Source: a virus. From it: a stretch of 64,000 bases of DNA. Shown here one piece after another: positions 9,069-17,770 of this stretch; the stretch's first letter is position 1, and each line of letters starts with the position of its first letter. The DNA lies in the IMG/VR virus record IMGVR_UViG_3300036781_000119, positions 7,315 through 71,314 of that record. The stretch is one strand, 5' to 3'. Both the position numbers and the translations under genes were made by a program. The notes beneath the pieces are model-generated. The model was given only the letters and a program-made list of their open reading frames with translations. It was not told the DNA's origin and did no database searches.

Positions 9069-9364
9069 GCCGCACGCCCGGTCGGCCGAGGCCCGCACCA
9101 CCGGCACGACTGGCCCCGCTCGTGGCGCAGGCAGCCGCCGCGATCGCGGATCGCCAGCAGGTGCGCCAGCCGCTGGTGTTCGTCCGTGATTTCGATTTCG
9201 CCCAGGTCCATCATCGCGGTGCGCCAGCCGTGATGGTAGCTGCGCGTGTGATTCGGCCCAGGCTCCGGGTCGCCCTTCTTGGCCCCCATATAGCCGGCGT
9301 GAAGTTCCTCCCGGTCGAGCGCGTCGATTTCCTCCACCGTGGTGATCGGCTGGTGCGCACCCAT
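9065..9364 (-). CDS. Hypothetical protein (GY...P...Y..GW motif, C-terminal Cys/His cluster)
   Basis: Coupled at both ends. Confidence 0.65.
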   Translation of the reverse strand: MGAHQPITTVEEIDALDREELHAGYMGAKKGDPEPGPNHTRSYHHGWRTAMMDLGEIEITDEHQRLAHLLAIRDRGGCLRHERGQSCRWCGPRPTGRAA

Positions 9365-10077
9365 CAGCCGAACAGCCCGTGGCGCTTCGCCGCCTGCACG
9401 ATCGGGTTCGCCTCGCGCGCCGCCAGCACATCAGGCGACGCCTGGGGCGCTGGGGCATCAGGTGGCGGCAGGGCGGCCAGCTGGGCAGCCACCGGGGCCG
9501 ACGCCGGCACGTAGGGCATGGCGGCTTGGCTGGCCACCGTGCGCGCCAGCCGCGCCGTCGCTGCGATGCGCTCCCGGTCGTATTCGGTGGGCTCGCGCCG
9601 CGTCGGCTCGGTGTTGCCGGTGATGACGCGCCATGCCGGAAGCGACTCGCGCCTGATCAGCCCCAGCAGGTGCGCGCGGGCGTTGTCGGGGTGAATATGC
9701 TGCGGCGGCGGGTAGAAGTTTTCCGCCTGCCGGTTGTGGAAATAGTTGCACCAGTGCAGGTCCATCCCGGTCAGCCCGTGCGCACCGCCGCCGCCGACCG
9801 CCCGCGTCGCGCGCCGGGTTTGCTGGAAATCCCACCACGCCCGCGCGCGCTGTTCGATCGAATCGAAGCCCGGGAAGAAATCTCCCTTTGCGCACTCGCG
9901 CGCCGACGCGGCGGTGAAGGCACCCGATGGCAAAACCTCAGCCAACGCCTCCGCCATCTGGAGCAGCTTGGCCTTGGTCGGATCCTGCCCGGCCGGGTGG
10001 ACGCACAGGTCGGCCAGCCCCTTCAGCCACGTCGCAATTTCGGCAATCAGCTTTCGGTCAGCCATGGTCGGTTCCAA
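9364..10077 (-). CDS. Hypothetical protein downstream of the replication initiator (possible helicase loader)
   Basis: Position after the initiator; long ORF; start may be MADRKL. Confidence 0.6.
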   Translation of the reverse strand: MEPTMADRKLIAEIATWLKGLADLCVHPAGQDPTKAKLLQMAEALAEVLPSGAFTAASARECAKGDFFPGFDSIEQRARAWWDFQQTRRATRAVGGGGAHGLTGMDLHWCNYFHNRQAENFYPPPQHIHPDNARAHLLGLIRRESLPAWRVITGNTEPTRREPTEYDRERIAATARLARTVASQAAMPYVPASAPVAAQLAALPPPDAPAPQASPDVLAAREANPIVQAAKRHGLFG

Positions 10078-10885
10078 TCATGCGTTGCTGTTCGCGGTAG
10101 GCGTCTAGCTCGCCAAGGGTCAGGGTGCGCTCCGCATCCGACACGTCGGCGAGGTGTTTGCCCTTGGCCAGCCACTTCGCCGGCTCGGGGATGAATTGCG
10201 GGCGGTCGAGTTCGAATGGGTAATTCAGCACCGCATCAAGGATGCGATCGGGGGGCGTGATCTTGATCGCCTTGGCGTAAGCCTTCATGGCTTCCTGCTT
10301 GCCATCCCGCACCATGCGACCGCTCGACAGCCGTTTGGGGAACGCTTGCCAGAATTCTTCGAACGCGACCGCTTTGCCGTTGACGAGGATGGGGGGCTTG
10401 GAAGCCTGTGCAGCGATCTGATCCCCGAACAGCCCCCACGTCGCCGGCTTCGGCGACACTGCCGGCGGCGGCGGATTTGTCGGCGGGAGTTTAATTTCGG
10501 GTTCTATGATGGGTTCACTGGTAGGTTCGGGCGCAGGATACGCACCCTTTTGCGCACTGTCCTGCACCCTTTCTGGCGCTACGTGCACCGTTTCCCGCTT
10601 GACGTGCACCGTTTCCGGCGGCGCCTCAGTGCCGACCTGAAGGCGATACATGCGCGTCAGACGCCTTCCTCCAACGCCCTCAGATACGACCAAGCCGGCG
10701 CGCTCCAAGGCGCGCAGGCTGCCCTGCGCGCTTCTCTCCGACACGCCTGCATCATGGGCTATGGTGCCCACAGCGGGCCAGCATTTGTCGTCATCGTCGG
10801 CGCGGATAGCGAGTGCCAGAAGAACTGCCTTCGTGGGGCCGGACAGCGCGCAAGACAGAGCCCACATGCGAGCGCCATGGCTCAT
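10058..10885 (-). CDS. Replication initiator (N-terminal HTH_36-like)
   Basis: KAVLLALA..ADDDDKCWPAVGTIA...VSERS; C-terminal FEEFWQAFPKR...FIPEPAKWL; internal iterons. Confidence 0.85.
   Translation of the reverse strand: MSHGARMWALSCALSGPTKAVLLALAIRADDDDKCWPAVGTIAHDAGVSERSAQGSLRALERAGLVVSEGVGGRRLTRMYRLQVGTEAPPETVHVKRETVHVAPERVQDSAQKGAYPAPEPTSEPIIEPEIKLPPTNPPPPAVSPKPATWGLFGDQIAAQASKPPILVNGKAVAFEEFWQAFPKRLSSGRMVRDGKQEAMKAYAKAIKITPPDRILDAVLNYPFELDRPQFIPEPAKWLAKGKHLADVSDAERTLTLGELDAYREQQRMIGTDHG
10538..10620. repeat. Iteron array (putative replication origin)
   Basis: Four GCACC(C/G)TTT cores at 10542, 10564, 10585 and 10606 (21-22 bp period); ACGTGCACCGTTTCC occurs exactly twice. Confidence 0.75.
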
Positions 10886-11457
10886 GTCGGCGCTTTCCAT
10901 TGGACCATGTTCGTGGCCTGCGCCCACAGCTCCATGGTGTGCGCCGCATAGGGCTTCGGCCCCCTATCGCGCCCCCATGAACTGGCATCGCCACCAGCTG
11001 CGATCCATCCGTCCGGCTGTAGGTCGATCACGTCCGCCTTGAAACGCGGGACCACGTTGCCCGAAAGCCAGCCTAGGAACGCACGGCTCGGCTGAATCCC
11101 CCCATACTGCGTCCACCATCCAAGCTGACAGCCGCTTCGGGCGCGTCGATCGGGTGCCACGCCAAACAGCATAAGGCCGCGCACGGCGGGGTCCTCGCCT
11201 TCGAACATGCCGTTGGCGGCGCAGGTGTTGTGCATTTTCCGGAACACGTCGCGCGGGAATTCCTGCGCTGGCTTGATTTCGACCAGTGCGCCAAAATCCG
11301 GCAGCAGGAAGTCAGGCGACCACCCGCCGAGGTCGAACGGCTCGTATTCGTGCCGCCACTCCAGGAGGTCGAAGAATGCGGCCCAGCGCGCCTCAAGCCG
11401 GCTGCGATACCGGCGCCCGCGATACGTCGTCGGGATCGCCGCGATGGTATATTCCAT
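10882..11457 (-). CDS. PD-(D/E)XK-family nuclease
   Basis: YRSRLEARWAAFFD...YEP...PDFLLP...VEIKP. Confidence 0.85.
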   Translation of the reverse strand: MEYTIAAIPTTYRGRRYRSRLEARWAAFFDLLEWRHEYEPFDLGGWSPDFLLPDFGALVEIKPAQEFPRDVFRKMHNTCAANGMFEGEDPAVRGLMLFGVAPDRRARSGCQLGWWTQYGGIQPSRAFLGWLSGNVVPRFKADVIDLQPDGWIAAGGDASSWGRDRGPKPYAAHTMELWAQATNMVQWKAPT

Positions 11458-11549
11458 CACGCTGTTTCGCTCAGCGTAATGTCATTGGATCGTGACAGGC
11501 TGGGCTTGTCATCGAACAGGCGCGGCAATACATTGCTATGCGCAGGCAT
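11457..11549 (-). CDS. 30-aa leader ORF, not in the ORF track
   Basis: AAAGGA SD; MPAHSNVLPRLFDDKPSLSRSNDITLSETA; its stop overlaps the next ATG (TGATG). Confidence 0.5.
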   Translation of the reverse strand: MPAHSNVLPRLFDDKPSLSRSNDITLSETA

Positions 11550-11685
11550 CGGCGAGGTCCTTTCGTCTGGTGCGGATACCCCCCGAGGCGTCAACCTCGG
11601 TCAGTCTACAGAGCGCCCGCCACTTGCCCGGCGGGCGTTTCTGCGTTCGGCTACGCTACGCCACCCCCCGGCCGGCTGGCAAGCC

Positions 11686-11916
11686 TCACGGCGCGGCGAA
11701 CAGATCGCGCTGGGAGGCACGCTGCGGCCAGTGGGTGAAGCACCACGCCTGATCCGGCCGCCCGCGCCGCGTGACGATGCCGCCCGGCGCTATCTCGGGC
11801 TCAGCCCCAGGCTTGACCGCGAACGCGGCATCCCCGCACACGCCGCAGATCAGCGGGTCAGGCAAAGAGCCCGTGCTTCTTTCGACCGCTCTTTCGGGCA
11901 CCCTTGCGTCGTCCAT
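11686..11916 (-). CDS. Small Zn-binding protein
   Basis: CGVC...WCFTH; ends QRDLFAAP; AAGG SD before MDDARV. Confidence 0.55.
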   Translation of the reverse strand: MDDARVPERAVERSTGSLPDPLICGVCGDAAFAVKPGAEPEIAPGGIVTRRGRPDQAWCFTHWPQRASQRDLFAAP

Positions 11917-12445
11917 CCTTGTCCAACTCCCCAGCCCGCGACATGCGGTCATATTCCAGCAGCACCAGCGCATCGCCCGCGTTGTGGTCGCGCGGCGCGT
12001 AGCCGAACTCCTTGCACCAAGCCATGACGGCTTCCTTGGCGCGTTCGCTGCCGTCTTGGTTCAGCCGGTTGAACTCGTCGCGCGTGCCGAAGCTGGACCT
12101 GCCCAGCACCGCCGCGCGCACCTTCATTTCGTGCGCCTCCCTCGGCTCGATCTGGTGGTTGTAGGCGGTCAGCTCGGCCACCGCCTGGAGCCCGTTGAGG
12201 GCGCGGCCCGATGTCTGCTGCTGGTCGAATATGGCCATGCACCAGATCAGCCGGCCGGGTCTGTATTTGTCGATCAGCCAGTCAAGCGTGTTTTCCAGTT
12301 CGCTGTAGAGGCGCCCCAGGTGCTTGATTCCACCCAGGATCACCGTGTCATGCGCAGGGCGTGGGCTGCCCTCTACGTTGACAGCCCAGCCCATCAGCCT
12401 GCTGGCCATATCGACCGCCAGCGTGCGCGGCGGCAGGTTGCGCAT
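11858..12445 (-). CDS. RuvC-like Holliday junction resolvase
   Basis: TLAVDMASRLMGWA; AKEAVMAWC...DHNAGDAL. Confidence 0.8.
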   Translation of the reverse strand: MRNLPPRTLAVDMASRLMGWAVNVEGSPRPAHDTVILGGIKHLGRLYSELENTLDWLIDKYRPGRLIWCMAIFDQQQTSGRALNGLQAVAELTAYNHQIEPREAHEMKVRAAVLGRSSFGTRDEFNRLNQDGSERAKEAVMAWCKEFGYAPRDHNAGDALVLLEYDRMSRAGELDKDGRRKGARKSGRKKHGLFA

Positions 12446-12451
12446 GGGCGG

Positions 12452-12697
12452 TCAGACCTTCTCCGCCATATCCACGCCCAGGGCTTCCAGGCGCGCGGCG
12501 GTTTCGGCCAGTCCGTCGTCGGCGATGCGCACGCATATGGCGCGCAGCTGATCGACCAGCGCGCCTTCGCCCAGGTTGATGCGGATATATTCGATCAGGC
12601 TGGCCTTGGGTGCCGCATCCAGGCTCGCCCGCATCACGGCGGCACGCTTGTGGCTTTCGATCAGGTTGGCCGCCCGGGTGATTTCGTCAGGGGTCAT
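12452..12697 (-). CDS. Hypothetical protein
   Basis: AGGAG SD; fits the operon. Confidence 0.7.
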   Translation of the reverse strand: MTPDEITRAANLIESHKRAAVMRASLDAAPKASLIEYIRINLGEGALVDQLRAICVRIADDGLAETAARLEALGVDMAEKV

Positions 12698-12706
12698 GTC
12701 GCGCTC

Positions 12707-13318
12707 CTACGCGCTGCCGGCGGTTTCGCCGATCGTGTCGGCGGTGGGCTCGGGTTCCTCCGCCTTGGCTTTCTTCGGCCGCCCGACCGCGCGCTTGGGT
12801 GGCGGCGTCCTGCCCGATAGCTCGCCGTCAGCCTGAAGCCACCCGCGATCCCAGGAATCCCAGTCGGCGCTGCCCGGTTCGAACAGGGCTTCCTTGTCGC
12901 CGCGCTCCGCCTGCCCGATCCTCGCCTCGTAGCCCAGCGTCATCATGCGGCTGGCCCGCTCCTGGGCGCGCATTTCGTCGGTGACCGGGTCATCCGGGAA
13001 CATCGCGCCCTGGGGCTGATCGGTGGTCGGCCCAGTCCACAGCGGGCGGCCCATCGCGCTGGTGTAGCGGTGGAGCTCGGCCATGTAGTCGTTGTGCTCG
13101 TCCTCGTCGCGATCAATGATCGTGATCGCCTCGTCCAAGATTTCCTTGGAGCCGCCGGAAGCTTTGACGGAGCGGTAGACGCCCGCGATGCGGCCCCGCA
13201 CTTCGGCCGTCTCGGTTTTCAGCTTCAGCATGTCGCGCCTGAGGTCGCGCAGTTCGCTGGCGCGCTTCAGGATTTCGGCTGTGCTGATCTTGTTAGACTT
13301 GTCGAGCCGGTCTGCCAC
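12707..13318 (-). CDS. GapR (DUF2312)-like DNA-binding protein with RMF-like C-terminal motif
   Basis: IAGVYRSVKASG...ILDEAI...ELHRYTSAMG; GYEA...PGSADWDSWDRGW; GRPKK. Confidence 0.65.
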   Translation of the reverse strand: MADRLDKSNKISTAEILKRASELRDLRRDMLKLKTETAEVRGRIAGVYRSVKASGGSKEILDEAITIIDRDEDEHNDYMAELHRYTSAMGRPLWTGPTTDQPQGAMFPDDPVTDEMRAQERASRMMTLGYEARIGQAERGDKEALFEPGSADWDSWDRGWLQADGELSGRTPPPKRAVGRPKKAKAEEPEPTADTIGETAGSA

Positions 13319-13643
13319 GGGGTTTGGTCTCCTTTTTCTGCGTGGTCGCCTTGTTGGCTGCCACGGCGCGCCGCAGCGCGTCAGCGTTGGATTGCCGCAC
13401 CGGCGCCGAACTGGCCAGCGCCGCTTCGGTGACGTGCTTGCGGATTTGGGTCCGCTCGGGCTCGCGCTCGGCCAGCTTCACCAGCCAGACCCACCACGGC
13501 TTCGGAACCGAGTTGCGCAGGTGCCATCCCTGGATTGTGCCAAGGGGGACGAAAACGCCCGAGATCTCGCTGAGAGCGCGGGCGAGGGCGGAACGGTTGG
13601 GCCACAGCGCCAGCAGTTCCGCGTGGGATAGGGGTTGTGCCAT
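13293..13643 (-). CDS. Cro-like HTH regulator
   Basis: ELLALWPNRSALARAL...TIQGWHLRNSVPKPWW; first gene at the divergent promoter. Confidence 0.8.
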   Translation of the reverse strand: MAQPLSHAELLALWPNRSALARALSEISGVFVPLGTIQGWHLRNSVPKPWWVWLVKLAEREPERTQIRKHVTEAALASSAPVRQSNADALRRAVAANKATTQKKETKPRGRPARQV

Positions 13644-13716
13644 GCACCCTATATAAACGACGCATAATGCATAAATCAAGCTTGCACTGCGCCACCGCCG
13701 GGTTTATGCATTAATT
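13644..13716. promoter_or_regulatory. Divergent promoter region with two inverted TAATGCATAA operators
   Basis: AT-rich; TAATGCATAA at 13665-13674 and TTATGCATTA at 13704-13713; back-to-back TTG -35-like hexamers around AAGCTT. Confidence 0.8.
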
Positions 13717-14091
13717 ATGACCCGCGCACCCGCCCCGATGAACCCCCGCCATCAGCAAGCCGCCCGGCCCACCGACGTGCCGGTGCCGGGCTTCTACCGG
13801 GCGCGGCTCGTGAAGCGGGGGCCGTATGTGGCCTGCCGCATCATGCAGATGGATGACGGGTGGCTGCTGCTGGTCGGGGGCGAGCCCACCGAAGCGGCGG
13901 TGCACGTCAACCCCTGGGTGGTGCGCCGGATGGAATCGGTGGCGATGTATGGCGACCCGATCACCGCCGAGACATACGACGCGATGCTGGCCGAAGCTGC
14001 GGCCGCGCCGCCCGGCCACCCGCTGCGCAACCCCACCCAGCCGGTGGACCTGAAGGCCGCCGGCGCCATCATCACCAGGAGGACCACATGA
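13717..14091 (+). CDS. Hypothetical phage protein
   Basis: PVPGFYRARLVKRGPYVACRI motif. Confidence 0.75.
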   Translation: MTRAPAPMNPRHQQAARPTDVPVPGFYRARLVKRGPYVACRIMQMDDGWLLLVGGEPTEAAVHVNPWVVRRMESVAMYGDPITAETYDAMLAEAAAAPPGHPLRNPTQPVDLKAAGAIITRRTT

Positions 14092-14678
14092 CCCGAGGCG
14101 GCATCGGCGACGAAATCTATGCCCTGCTGATCAATTTGGAGCCCCGGCAGCGCAGGACCGCGCTGGAATATGCGCATCAGCGCATGCTGGAGGACAGCCG
14201 CGCGCAGGAAGCGGCGAAGCATGCCGGGCCGAAGCCCACCTTCTGGTGCCTGGACGGCAAGCTGCCGGGCGACGATTTCACCGGCCCCGACCTGGGCGAA
14301 CTGCTGGCCGAGTTCATGGGCCGCGATTTCGAAATCACCGAAGCCGCCGGCATGGCGGTGGTCGACCAGCGGTTTCTGGTGTGGCTGCCGGTCGATGGAT
14401 CGTGGGAGCCCGAGAGCTTTGCCACCCGCGCCGAGGCCGAAGCCTGCGCCGCGCAGTGGAAGGCCGAATCCGCCAATCCTCTGCCCAGGCGCCCCGAGGG
14501 CATGGCGGACGACGAGCGCGCCGCCTTCCTTGCGTGGTGGAAGATGGTGGCGGCCAAGGGCGCATGGGTGGACGAGGCGGCAACCGACAACCTGGACTCT
14601 GCATCCTGGGTGATGCGGTTCCGCGCCAAGATGACGCCCGATCAAGCCTTCACCGACTGCGACCTGATCCCCTTCTGA
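14088..14678 (+). CDS. Hypothetical protein
   Basis: AGGAGG SD, ATGA overlap. Confidence 0.7.
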   Translation: MTRGGIGDEIYALLINLEPRQRRTALEYAHQRMLEDSRAQEAAKHAGPKPTFWCLDGKLPGDDFTGPDLGELLAEFMGRDFEITEAAGMAVVDQRFLVWLPVDGSWEPESFATRAEAEACAAQWKAESANPLPRRPEGMADDERAAFLAWWKMVAAKGAWVDEAATDNLDSASWVMRFRAKMTPDQAFTDCDLIPF

Positions 14679-14689
14679 AAGGACCAACC

Positions 14690-15598
14690 ATGAGCGATAT
14701 CGACGCCGAGCTCGACGCCCGCCTGGGCATGGGCGCGAACAACCCCCCGGTGGAAATCGACCCCGAGCACTTGCTGGTGCTGCCCTATGACGAGATCCCG
14801 GCGCTGCTCGAGCGCAACTACGCGCCGCTGACGGAGCGCAAGGGCGAGCTTCAGGAGCAGCTGAAGGAATGGCTGGCCCAGCACCTTGCACCCAAGCCCC
14901 GGCCGAACGCGGCCGATGTCTATCTGATCGCCGACGATGCAGATCTGGCGCGCAGCAGCGACGTGCTGGCGCAGCTGGACACCTTCACGAAGGACGGCGA
15001 CGACGGCGAGGTGGACGGCACCCGGCGGCGCGTCAAGAAAGGCCCATTCGAAGCTGGCAAGGCGATCGACGCATTCTTCAAGGCGCTGCGCGAACCGCTG
15101 ATGGAACATCGCCAGCGCATCGTCCAGGCGCAGTCGGTCTACCTGGGCGCCAAGCGCGCGCAGCAGGAGGCGGAGGCGCGGGCCGAAGCGGAGCGGCAGC
15201 GCCGCGCTGCTGAGGAAGCCCGGCTGGCCGCCGAGGAAGCCGCCCGCGCCGCGCAATCGGCGGAGGAACCGGACGAAGATGCGATCTTCGCCGCCGAGCT
15301 CGCCGCCGAGGAAGCAGGGCAGGCCGCCGCCGAGGTCGCCGCAGCGCGGCCCGTGGAGGTCGCGTCCACCAAGGTTCAGTCGTCGCTGGGCACCACCACG
15401 TTCCTGAAGGGAACCTGGAAATTCCGGGTGGTCGATATCAAGGCGCTGGCCGCCGCTGTCGCCGCCGGCACCGTGCCCGCCAGCTTCCTGACGACGAACG
15501 ACTCGGTGATCAACGCCAGCATCAAGGGCGCCACGGGCGTGCGGCAGGCGGCGGGCCTGGAAATCTATCAGGAGCAGACCGCCGGGCGCCGTAGGTAA
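14690..15598 (+). CDS. Coiled-coil protein of the recombination module
   Basis: AAAGGA SD; GMGANNPP N-terminus, KGPFEAGKAIDAFF, acidic coil, GLEIYQE C-terminus; directly upstream of recT. Confidence 0.8.
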   Translation: MSDIDAELDARLGMGANNPPVEIDPEHLLVLPYDEIPALLERNYAPLTERKGELQEQLKEWLAQHLAPKPRPNAADVYLIADDADLARSSDVLAQLDTFTKDGDDGEVDGTRRRVKKGPFEAGKAIDAFFKALREPLMEHRQRIVQAQSVYLGAKRAQQEAEARAEAERQRRAAEEARLAAEEAARAAQSAEEPDEDAIFAAELAAEEAGQAAAEVAAARPVEVASTKVQSSLGTTTFLKGTWKFRVVDIKALAAAVAAGTVPASFLTTNDSVINASIKGATGVRQAAGLEIYQEQTAGRRR

Positions 15599-15659
15599 TT
15601 CCCAAGTTCTAAGCTATAATCTGGCCGCTTGCCAAATTCACCCACAAGGAAAGACCATC

Positions 15660-17555
15660 ATGGCCGATCGCACCGAAAGCCTTGCGAGCAAAGAAAACCG
15701 CAGCCGCGAAGGGCTGGTTGCCCTGCTTGCCGCCGTCGAAGCCCGGCGGACGCAATTCCTGGATTTGCTGCCCAGCGAAATCCCGTTTGAGGTGTTCAAG
15801 GACACGTTCAAGCTGGCGATCCAGCAGAACAACCGGCTAATGGACGCCGACCGGGACAGCCTGTTCATCGCCTTGCAGAAGGCCGCGATTGACGGGCTGC
15901 GGCCGGATGGGCGCGAGGGTGCGCTGGTGATCTTCGGCGACGACCAGGAGGATGACGAGGGCAACGTCGTCAAGAGCACGGCGGGGAAGCCCAAGCGGGT
16001 GCAGTGGATGCCCATGATCGCCGGCCTGATCAAGCAGGTGCGGAACACGGGCGAGGTGACCAACGTGCGCGCGGCGGTGATCTATGAGGGCGAGACCTTC
16101 AGCATGTCCGACGAGGATGGCCAGCTGGCCTACAAGCATGAGCGCCGTATGGCGCGGGATTTCGATGATACCGACGAGAAGATTGTCGGCGCCTATGCCG
16201 TGATCCAGTTCAAGGACGGCAGCTGGGATATGGAGCCGATGTCGCGCCGTCAGATTGACCGGGTGCGCGCGGTGTCCAAGGCGAAGAAAGGCCCGTGGCT
16301 GCCGTGGTATAGCGAAATGGCCAAGAAAACCGTCCTGCGCCGGCTGCTGAAGCGGCAGCAGCACGAGGCCGCCAATCGCGCGCTGGCGTCGATCGACCGC
16401 GACGAGTCCATGATCATCGAAGGCGACCTGGACGAAGCGCGGCCGGTGACCGAGCCCGCGCGCCTGCCCACGCCCACCCCCCAGGTGGACATCGGGCTGA
16501 ACCGCCAACCTGCGCAGAATGCGGGCGTCGCCGAGGATCCGGCCGATGCTTCGCTGGGCACGAAGGCGCGCACCGTGAGCGACCCGGTAGCCGGTAGCGG
16601 CGGCGGTGGCGTTTCGGCAGGCGGTGGCACGCCCAGCGGCGGATCGGCGACCGGCCGGACCACGGCCAACACGACGGCCGCCAGCGGCGCGGGCGGGGCT
16701 GGCACTGCCACCACAACCAAGGCGCCCGACAAGCGGGTGGAGCCCGCGAAGGAAACGCCCAAGCCCGAGCCCACCCCTGCCGCACCGGAGCCCTTTGAAC
16801 ACTGGGCGATGGATCAGTCCGGCCAGCCGATTGACGACCATCAGGGCGAACCGCTCGACAGCCCTGAAGCCTTCGCCGCGTGGTTCGAACTGGCCGCCGG
16901 CGTGTGCACCGATATTGACGCGCTGGTGCAGCACAATGCCGACGCGCTGGGCGATGTCGGGGCCGACCCTGCCATGGCCGCCCGCATCCAGGTGGCCGTG
17001 AACACCGCCCGCGCGCGGCTGACCGCCAAGCCTGCCGAGGAAGCCAAGGCCGCCGAGCCGGCCGCGCAGGCCGCCCGGCCATTGCCGCACCCCATGCCGA
17101 TGACGCCGGGAAACAAGCCGCATTATCCGAACTATCTGGCCGAGATTAAGCCGATCATCGACGCCATGGCCACCTTGGACGATCTGAACGCATGGTGGGA
17201 AATCAACCGGCCGGTCAGCGCGGCATCGGCCGCCACCGCCAAGAGGGTGATGGGCTTCCTGTCGGCGCGCCGGGACGCCATAGATGCGGGCGCGCAGGCC
17301 GCCGATCCCGAGCCCGATACTGGCAAGGATGCCGATCTTGTGTGGGCCTTGGCCGCCTGCCGTGACATCGACGGCCAGCGCACCCTCTATGACCTGCAAT
17401 CCTGGGGCAACAATGCCGCCATCCGGGCCAAGATGGCGCGCCTGCTGACGGAGCGGCCTGACCTGCACACGATGGTCAACGAAGCCAGCGCGGCGAAGAT
17501 GAAATTATTCGGTTCCACCGCGACCAAGGCGGAGACGGACGGTAGCGCGCCGTGA
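15660..17555 (+). CDS. recT: RecT-family single-strand annealing protein with long C-terminal extension
   Basis: SLFIALQKAAIDGLRPDGREGALV, GLIKQVRNTG, IVGAYAV, GPWLPWYSEMAKKTVLRRLLK. Confidence 0.92.
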   Translation: MADRTESLASKENRSREGLVALLAAVEARRTQFLDLLPSEIPFEVFKDTFKLAIQQNNRLMDADRDSLFIALQKAAIDGLRPDGREGALVIFGDDQEDDEGNVVKSTAGKPKRVQWMPMIAGLIKQVRNTGEVTNVRAAVIYEGETFSMSDEDGQLAYKHERRMARDFDDTDEKIVGAYAVIQFKDGSWDMEPMSRRQIDRVRAVSKAKKGPWLPWYSEMAKKTVLRRLLKRQQHEAANRALASIDRDESMIIEGDLDEARPVTEPARLPTPTPQVDIGLNRQPAQNAGVAEDPADASLGTKARTVSDPVAGSGGGGVSAGGGTPSGGSATGRTTANTTAASGAGGAGTATTTKAPDKRVEPAKETPKPEPTPAAPEPFEHWAMDQSGQPIDDHQGEPLDSPEAFAAWFELAAGVCTDIDALVQHNADALGDVGADPAMAARIQVAVNTARARLTAKPAEEAKAAEPAAQAARPLPHPMPMTPGNKPHYPNYLAEIKPIIDAMATLDDLNAWWEINRPVSAASAATAKRVMGFLSARRDAIDAGAQAADPEPDTGKDADLVWALAACRDIDGQRTLYDLQSWGNNAAIRAKMARLLTERPDLHTMVNEASAAKMKLFGSTATKAETDGSAP

Positions 17556-17770
17556 GCGGCATCGACCCAGCCGACGAAGCCTTGGCCGCCGAATTCAGGG
17601 CCAAGGTGCTGGCGCTGGAAACAGCCCTGAATTCGGCGGTGGAGAACGCGCAGCTGGCCGGGCTGCGCGCCACCATCACCACCAGCTGGCACGGCACCGG
17701 CATGCAAAGCGTCCACGTCGAAATCACCCCACGATCTGCCTTTGAAAAGGAACTGCTCAATGGACGGTAA
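17552..17770 (+). CDS. Hypothetical protein
   Basis: GTGA overlap. Confidence 0.65.
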   Translation: MSGIDPADEALAAEFRAKVLALETALNSAVENAQLAGLRATITTSWHGTGMQSVHVEITPRSAFEKELLNGR

